DNA from: Candidatus Zixiibacteriota bacterium
GTDB lineage: Bacteria > Zixibacteria > MSB-5A5 > CAIYYT01
Length of the DNA: 21,863 nt
Assembly: GCA_040235515.1 (NCBI GenBank)
Contig: JBECKX010000050.1
Span: forward strand, 1-21,863
Direction of reading: 5' to 3'
Position numbers and translations under genes: made by a program
Notes under the pieces: generated by a model
Seen by the model: only the letters and a program-made list of their open reading frames with translations
Database searches by the model: none
What the model was told of the DNA's origin: nothing
Shown: positions 16,851-21,863 of the stretch, piece by piece
Layout of the letters: every line of letters begins with the position of its first letter
How positions within the stretch are numbered: position 1 is the first letter of the stretch

Positions 16851-17732
16851 TTGAATCATTCCACCTCATCCAATAACCGGCGAACTCAGCGGTTGGCCGC
16901 CTATATGGTGTGCCTGGCCGCCTCGCTGATCATTGCTGCACTTGCGGCAGGATGCGGCGAGTCGTCACCCAAGGTCCTGCTGAGGATGAAATTCGAGCCG
17001 AATCGCAAGCTCGTCTATCACCAGATTAACAAGCAGACGATCTCGCTCAACAACTCACCGGTCGTATCCCAGAGTTCTGAATCGGAAGGGGAAATGATCC
17101 AGACCGTGCAGTCTGTCTCCGACTCAGGTTTTGCCAGAATCAATGAATCATCTGTCTGGAGCTGGAGTGAGACTGATGCCGATTCTTCCATTAAAGTCGT
17201 CTCCAGTACCGAAGAACTGCAATACACGATGGCGCCGAACGGACGGGTCAGCGAGTTAGTGCTCCCGGCCGACGCCGAGGCGTCGAAGTGGAAAGAGTAT
17301 GCCCAATCGAATCTGGAACAATCCCAGCCGACTTTCCCCACCGAGGAGGTTGGCAAGGGCTACACCTGGATGCAAACTGTGAAGATATTCATGCCGTCGG
17401 GCGAGAAACTTGATGCCAGCACGACTTACGAAGTCAGTGAGTTTGTGGAGGTCGACGGCCGGCAATGCGTGATCATCGACTACAAAGGTAATCTGATCCT
17501 GCCCTTCGACGTAATGGAGTCAGACACTTTGACCCGCCGTGGCGTCGACAAGGTGGATGTGAACGGCTCGCTCGTCTTTGACTACGAGCACGGCTACGTC
17601 TACAGCCAGGAGGAAAAGACGCAGATTACGGCCGAACGCTCCAAGATCCAGGGGAACCAGGCCACGCAGTACACTGCGCTGATTGAAGGGGAATTGTTCT
17701 TCCGGTTGAAAGACTCATCGGACGACGAGTAG
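16851..17732 (+). CDS. Putative lipoprotein, beta-rich, function unknown
   Basis: Lipobox LAAG-C after a hydrophobic stretch. TTG 16851 has AGGGG upstream; 16824 and 16905 are alternative starts. Confidence 0.75.
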   Translation: MNHSTSSNNRRTQRLAAYMVCLAASLIIAALAAGCGESSPKVLLRMKFEPNRKLVYHQINKQTISLNNSPVVSQSSESEGEMIQTVQSVSDSGFARINESSVWSWSETDADSSIKVVSSTEELQYTMAPNGRVSELVLPADAEASKWKEYAQSNLEQSQPTFPTEEVGKGYTWMQTVKIFMPSGEKLDASTTYEVSEFVEVDGRQCVIIDYKGNLILPFDVMESDTLTRRGVDKVDVNGSLVFDYEHGYVYSQEEKTQITAERSKIQGNQATQYTALIEGELFFRLKDSSDDE

Positions 17733-17739
17733 TTTCTAC

Positions 17740-20403
17740 TCAGTCCTTCTCCAGTTCCTCCGCCCAGTTTGCGACCACAACTATCTTGCTTATGACTCCG
17801 GCAGTAACAGGAACATTCACAATGAACTTCTGAGCATCTGGAGTCATATCGTAGCGATACTGAACGATCCCGCCACCACGATAGCTCTTATTGAAGAGTT
17901 TCTGCGGAACACCGGCACGGAAGTAGCCATCTCCGGCTCCCACCGGTACTGCGTAGTAATCACCATTTGACGTGTAGTAGATGAGTTCCTTTCCATCAGC
18001 TCGCCACTTTGGTGAAAAGCCGTTATCCGGCGACACCTGCCACTTGCCGCCTGATGCGCTCAACTCACGCACGTACACTTCTGAGGATTCAGTTTCATTG
18101 CTTAAATATGCGATAAATCTGCCATCGGGAGATATCTGGCCGCGGGTATCGTTATGAGGAGTCGCTATGACGGCTGAGTGCTCCGATGTATCAGTCAGGT
18201 TGAAGCGATAGATAGAAGCAGTCTCCGCGTAGCGAACCCCGATTAGGTTGTTACCATCCAACTCATACTGAGACGGGCCCTCATTGGAACCCGATGCCTG
18301 ATGAATGATGCGAGGTTCTCCCAAACCATTTGCCTGTCGCTCCATAATGTCGTAATCACCGGTTGCATCGCTCGCGTAAGCAATTCGTGAGCCATCGGTG
18401 GACCAGATGGGCCAAATCTCGTTAGCCGGATCAAAAGTCAAACGTGATGCCACCTTTCGCTCCAAGTCTCGGATCCAGATATCTGAAGTGCTCGACCTGC
18501 TGTCGGTGACTGAGTAAGCGAGGCGTTTTCCGTCGGGCGACAATGACAGGTCTTCATAAACTCCGGGGTCTCCTTCGACCTCCAGTTCCCTCCCGCTGCG
18601 ATCATACCATACGAAGTGGGAAAGTCCGCCAACGCCACCGACCATGTAGCTCAGCACGCCATTATTCGAAATCGAAAAATCTGCGCGATCGCCATTAGGG
18701 ATCGAGATATCCTGTGCGATCGGAATCGATTCCCCGCTCACCTCGAGTTTGTCAGGATCGAATCTTCGGGCAAAGAGGATACCGTCGCGGGCATGGATGA
18801 TGTAGCCGGCACTGCTGTATTCTACTCTGGAAGCTACCTTGAATAGTGGTTTGTCTATCGACCCGTCCAGGGAGGCGACACGCAACAGATCTTCCTGACC
18901 ACCACCGGCAGTCGAATCACCATGCGCGATGAAAAGGAAGTGCTCACCGTCCGGAAGGAACCAGGGCCAGGCGTGGTAGCGGTCACCACGCGAGCGATCG
19001 AGTTTGGTCGCGGCCACCGGTGTGCCACCTGATGCGGAAACCTGTCTGATCGAATCATTCCGGTCTCCATCGAAGATGATAGTGCCTTTCGACCCCCAGC
19101 AACCATCAGCGCCGTCCGGTGTCTCACTGATCAGAACTGCTGGACCACCCTGTGCCGGAATCTTCTTCAACTGACGACCATCTATGAATGCCAGGTACTT
19201 GCTGTCGGGTGACCAGAATGGTCGGCCAACACCCTCGGTACCGGCCAGCGGATATGCTTCAAGCGCATTCGTCGGCTTGATCCAGATCCGGTTCACGTCC
19301 AGTGAGTCGGTGGCGAGAAAGGCTATCATCGAGCCGTCCGGCGAAACCCGAGGCCAGTTGATGAGTTTCAACTCGGCGGGGCCCGAAATTGAATAGCGGG
19401 TGACCTGTGGCGCAGTCGTTGGGACGGAGAAGTAGAGATATGCCAGAACTACTGCGGCGACAAGGGCGACTGCCGCCACCAGCCAGGATAGGCCAAGCTG
19501 CTTCTTCCGGCGCACTGAAACCGGTATGGGAATTCCAACCTGCGAGCCACCCTCCTGCACCCACTGCAGCGTGCGCTTCAAGTCACCTGCGGAGTGCCAG
19601 CGCTGATCCGGGTCCTTTTCGAGGCACTGCAGGATAGCGCGTTCAAGCATCGGCGGAGATAGCGGCTGCAGATCTGCAATCGCTCGCGGCTTCTCCTTGA
19701 TGATCGCTGCAATCACACTTGCCTGGCTCGAACCCTGAAATGCGCGCTGTCCGGTTACCATCTCATACAAGACGGCTCCGAACGCGAATACATCACTCCG
19801 CTGATCCACGTCTTTGCCATCCAGTTGTTCGGGCGACATATACTGAATCGTGCCAAGTATGGTGCCCTGACCGGTCAGGGGAGAAGCTTGTGTCGCACCC
19901 GACATCCCCTCCACGACGCCGTCATGGATTTGGAGTTTTGCCAGCCCGAAATCGAGTAACTTGGCCCCATCCTTGGTGAGGATAATGTTTGCGGGCTTCA
20001 GGTCGCGGTGGACCAGCCCCTGCTTATGCGCGCGTTCCAACGCGTCCGCAATCTGGATTCCATACTTGATCGCCTCCTCCGCCGGTAGCGGTCCCCGCTC
20101 AAGCACCTTTGATAGCGTCTCGCCCTCCAGATATTCCAGCACGAGGTAGGCTGCCCCGTTCTCATGCCCGACATCGTAAAGGGTGCAAATGTTGGGATGA
20201 TTGAGCCGGGAGATCGCTTTGGCTTCCCGTTCAAACCTTGCCTGCAAGTCGCTGTTGTTCTGATAGAGCGCGGGCAGCACCTTGATCGCAACCGTTCGGT
20301 CGAGGCGGGTATCGTGGGCTTTATAAACCTCTCCCATCCCGCCGGCGCCGGCGCGTTCAAGTATTTTGTATGGACCGATCTCCTGTCCGGGGGATAGTGA
20401 CAT
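17740..20403 (-). CDS. Hanks-type Ser/Thr protein kinase with TM helix and extracytoplasmic PD40/TolB-like beta-propellers
   Basis: GAGGMGEVY, VAIK, HRDLKPAN, DFGLAK, GTIQYMSPE and SDVFAFG kinase motifs. TM LSWLVAAVALVAAVVLAYLYF. Multiple SPDG-type repeats. AGGAG SD upstream. Confidence 0.95.
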   Translation of the reverse strand: MSLSPGQEIGPYKILERAGAGGMGEVYKAHDTRLDRTVAIKVLPALYQNNSDLQARFEREAKAISRLNHPNICTLYDVGHENGAAYLVLEYLEGETLSKVLERGPLPAEEAIKYGIQIADALERAHKQGLVHRDLKPANIILTKDGAKLLDFGLAKLQIHDGVVEGMSGATQASPLTGQGTILGTIQYMSPEQLDGKDVDQRSDVFAFGAVLYEMVTGQRAFQGSSQASVIAAIIKEKPRAIADLQPLSPPMLERAILQCLEKDPDQRWHSAGDLKRTLQWVQEGGSQVGIPIPVSVRRKKQLGLSWLVAAVALVAAVVLAYLYFSVPTTAPQVTRYSISGPAELKLINWPRVSPDGSMIAFLATDSLDVNRIWIKPTNALEAYPLAGTEGVGRPFWSPDSKYLAFIDGRQLKKIPAQGGPAVLISETPDGADGCWGSKGTIIFDGDRNDSIRQVSASGGTPVAATKLDRSRGDRYHAWPWFLPDGEHFLFIAHGDSTAGGGQEDLLRVASLDGSIDKPLFKVASRVEYSSAGYIIHARDGILFARRFDPDKLEVSGESIPIAQDISIPNGDRADFSISNNGVLSYMVGGVGGLSHFVWYDRSGRELEVEGDPGVYEDLSLSPDGKRLAYSVTDSRSSTSDIWIRDLERKVASRLTFDPANEIWPIWSTDGSRIAYASDATGDYDIMERQANGLGEPRIIHQASGSNEGPSQYELDGNNLIGVRYAETASIYRFNLTDTSEHSAVIATPHNDTRGQISPDGRFIAYLSNETESSEVYVRELSASGGKWQVSPDNGFSPKWRADGKELIYYTSNGDYYAVPVGAGDGYFRAGVPQKLFNKSYRGGGIVQYRYDMTPDAQKFIVNVPVTAGVISKIVVVANWAEELEKD

Positions 20404-20466
20404 CCGTTAACCTTCTCCTGACAATCTTTGCCTGAATCACGTGAATTGGGTACCGAGTAGCGACCA

Positions 20467-20495
20467 ATGATAGAGAAAGACCGTCCATTTAGCAA
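20467..20495 (-). promoter_or_regulatory. Putative sigma70 promoter for the kinase gene
   Basis: TTGCTA-N17-TATCAT on the minus strand. Confidence 0.55.
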
Positions 20496-20642
20496 TTGAT
20501 TTTGCCTCAAGAACTTGCGGGATGATAGCTGAGCGATGGGATTAAGGCTGAGGCGAGTGAGATGTAGCGGGAATTGTTTGGAAGCCGGGATGCAGCATGA
20601 AGCAGCACCCCAGATTCCAAGTCATAGTCTGGGTGTTACAGC

Positions 20643-21242
20643 CTAGTTAGGCTGTTCGGTGGCACCTGCAGGCGGGATCGGCCCCGGCACCTGATTCGGG
20701 ATCGCCGGCAAGGACTGGAGGTAGGCGAAAATCGCCTTCAAATCATCGTCCGTCGCCGAGCCGATCGTCTTCCACGGCATCGGCGGAAGGATATCGCGAC
20801 CCATTCCGAGGTGCTGTCCGGTACGCAGCGCCTTGATGAAGTCCTCGACATCCCAGGCTCCAATACCGAAGTTTTCGTCCGGTGTCAGATTGGAAGCGAA
20901 GCTGATTCCCCAGGGACCAGCCCAGGCAGTCAGGTGTAGGTTCGTCGCGGCAATCCATCCCGTTGGCGAGAGCATGCCCTCAGTCAACTCCGGCACGCCG
21001 GCGTTGGCGGGATGCCCCGAGAGGGTCAGAGAGCCATCCGGCACCGGGCCGTTTGCCGTCATCTTCTTGGGTGAGTGGCAATCCTCGCAACCACCGAAGG
21101 TTACCAGGTACTTACCGCGCGCAACCAGCTGCTCCTGCGTCATTGGCTTGTCGGATGAATCCGCCGCAGAACAGTAGGTGAGAAAGGCGGTAAAGGAAAG
21201 CAGCCCCAGGAAAAGTGCGAGTTTGGTGATGGTGTTCTTCAT
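20643..21242 (-). CDS. Exported monoheme c-type cytochrome, possibly a lipoprotein
   Basis: RGKYLV...CEDCH heme motif, NLTPD..GIG.W...DF..ALR.G and PPMPW (candidate Met axial ligand). N-terminal signal ends LTYC. Confidence 0.88.
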   Translation of the reverse strand: MKNTITKLALFLGLLSFTAFLTYCSAADSSDKPMTQEQLVARGKYLVTFGGCEDCHSPKKMTANGPVPDGSLTLSGHPANAGVPELTEGMLSPTGWIAATNLHLTAWAGPWGISFASNLTPDENFGIGAWDVEDFIKALRTGQHLGMGRDILPPMPWKTIGSATDDDLKAIFAYLQSLPAIPNQVPGPIPPAGATEQPN

Positions 21243-21274
21243 ACGTCCTAAAATCTCCTAAAAAAATGCCAGCG

Positions 21275-21304
21275 ATTATAGCTTGGACGGGGAGTCAAAG
21301 TCAA
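21275..21304 (-). promoter_or_regulatory. Putative sigma70 promoter for the cytochrome c gene
   Basis: TTGACT-N18-TATAAT. The -35 hexamer is tandemly duplicated (TTGACTTTGACT). Confidence 0.6.
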
Positions 21305-21427
21305 GCATAAATTTTACAAATTGGGTCTATGTTGACAGCGTTTTTTCGCGGTATCCCGCAATGCCCTGCCGCGGAGGGTTGACTTGATCCGCCGCTGCCG
21401 AATCGCTGCTATTGGCGAAAGTAGCTC

Positions 21428-21456
21428 TTGCCAAAATCGATTAACTCCTCTATCCT
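21428..21456 (+). promoter_or_regulatory. Putative sigma70 promoter for the outer-membrane protein gene
   Basis: TTGCCA-N17-TATCCT, 40 nt upstream of ATG 21497. Confidence 0.55.
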
Positions 21457-21496
21457 TTGGACATTGATAAGGTCCACTTTCAAGGAGGCATATCGG

Positions 21497-21863
21497 ATGT
21501 TCAGAATCTCATTCTCGCTGATCATGGCTTTCATTGTTACTTCGGCGACACTATTCGCGCAGTCGGTCTCGGTTGGTGTCAAGGGTGGTTTTATCTACAA
21601 CAAGTCGGATTTCAACTACTCCACCACCGAATTCCAGTTCAACCCCGATGAGGGGCAGTGCTGGACAGCATCGCTTCAGCTCGAGACCCCTATCAGTCCG
21701 GTTTTTTCGCTCAGGCTTGAGGGCGGATTCCTTCAGAAGGGATTTGATTCGGAAACCAAATTCATCGCAGAGGGGAACCCGGATTTGGATCCCGTGACCC
21801 GGAATGTTAGTACGCGAATCAACTACGTTTCGCTCTCACTGGCTCTGAGAGGCACCCTGATGT
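21497..21863 (+). CDS. Outer-membrane beta-barrel (PorT/porin-like) protein, N-terminal part (runs off the window)
   Basis: Not in the ORF track. Strong AAGGAGG SD. Hand translation MFRISFSLIMAFIVTSATLFAQSVSVGVKGGFIYNKSDF...FSLRLEGGFLQKGF...RINYVSLSLALRG is open to the window end. Signal peptide ends LFA-Q, followed by GVKGG, QKG and amphipathic beta-strands. Confidence 0.8.
   Translation, partial: MFRISFSLIMAFIVTSATLFAQSVSVGVKGGFIYNKSDFNYSTTEFQFNPDEGQCWTASLQLETPISPVFSLRLEGGFLQKGFDSETKFIAEGNPDLDPVTRNVSTRINYVSLSLALRGTLM

Noticed and set aside
21457..21797. ORF-track calls 21457..21651 and 21534..21797
   Set aside because: Alternative frames of the beta-barrel gene that starts at 21497 with a strong SD.
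1..21863. CRISPR array, IS element, toxin-antitoxin or defence system
   Set aside because: No regularly spaced repeats, transposase, terminal inverted repeats or recognisable defence domains were seen.

Overview
Bacterial chromosomal window of moderately high GC from a diderm organism (lipoprotein, TolB-like proteins, outer-membrane beta-barrel). The gene set suggests an FCB-related or similar lineage, but that is only inference. Left half, all minus strand: a Phe/Tyr catabolic cluster reading hppD, hmgA, HisC-type aminotransferase, fumarylacetoacetate hydrolase, flavin-reductase-like protein, acetoacetate-CoA ligase and a long-form phenylalanine hydroxylase. It is followed by the 5' part of aceK, which the ORF track misses. 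The cluster has no maleylacetoacetate isomerase and no PhhB. A structured region of about 225 nt upstream of hppD contains a 23-codon aromatic-rich uORF in frame with hppD. Middle: tRNA-Ala(GGC), recN, and DUF2085-like and DUF4013-like membrane proteins. Right: a secreted PD40/TolB-like protein divergent from an ECF sigma / putative anti-sigma / lipoprotein unit with a canonical ECF promoter, then a convergent Ser/Thr kinase-TM-PD40 receptor, a monoheme cytochrome c, and the start of an outer-membrane beta-barrel gene also missed by the ORF track. No mobile element or CRISPR array was seen.
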